From: an uncultured Methanosarcinaceae archaeon
GTDB lineage: Archaea; Halobacteriota; Methanosarcinia; Methanosarcinales; Methanosarcinaceae
Length of the DNA stretch: 64,000 nt
NCBI GenBank assembly: GCA_963721455.1
Contig: CAVRJG010000054.1
Span: 128,001-192,000, forward strand
Direction: 5' to 3'
The notes beneath the pieces were generated by a model. It did no database searches, had not been told where the DNA came from, and saw nothing but the letters and a program-made list of their open reading frames with translations. The position numbers and the translations under genes are program-made. Of this stretch, positions 63,814 to 64,000 are shown piece by piece. Within the stretch, counting starts at the first letter, position 1. Each line of letters starts with the position of its first letter.

Positions 63814-64000
63814 ACAATCACAACAACCGCACCTCTGACTTCAATCACGTCTACTTCCCTGCCGCCTGAGATTACTTCTTTTCTTATCTCAACGGCTTCG
63901 GACTCGATCTCGATCTGTTCGCCGTTTACAGTAACGGTTATTTTTCCCGAAGCTACCTGGGCTTCAACAGCAGCAGGGCCTTCTGCCTTGAGAGCTTTTA
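63807..64000 (-). CDS. 3' end of probable valyl-tRNA synthetase (partial)
   Basis: ALKAEGPAAVEAQVASGKITVTVNGEQIEIESEAVEIRKEVISGGREVDVIEVRGAVVVIVR*, recalled as resembling Methanosarcina ValS C-termini. Confidence 0.55.
   Translation of the reverse strand, partial: KALKAEGPAAVEAQVASGKITVTVNGEQIEIESEAVEIRKEVISGGREVDVIEVRGAVVVIVR

Overview
Archaeal chromosome segment, almost certainly Methanosarcina (gene set, fused Kae1-Bud32, rpoE/spt4/eIF2-gamma operon, egsA, hmgA). 1-10.3 kb is the AT-rich end of a surface-glycan locus (CapK-like ligase, GT4, Wzx flippase, frameshifted beta-helix protein, polytopic membrane protein) containing nested IS remnants and MITEs. 11.9-19.4 kb holds a cluster unusual for an archaeon: phosphopantetheinyl transferase, acyl-carrier protein, adenylation enzyme, PP-loop amidotransferase-like protein, NadE paralogue, DUF362 Fe-S protein and acyltransferase. 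At 19.6-20.6 kb an ORF-less group II intron sits inside the terminal inverted repeat of a 250-bp MITE, and its candidate EBS1/EBS2 match that TIR exactly. The rest is mostly housekeeping (translation, transcription, purine, lipid, glycogen, leuS, thrC, OFOR, hmgA, valS 3' end). It is interrupted by a frameshifted TnpB element, a doubly frameshifted aminopeptidase N and a low-GC McrBC island. All product calls come from motif recognition by eye; no database search was run.
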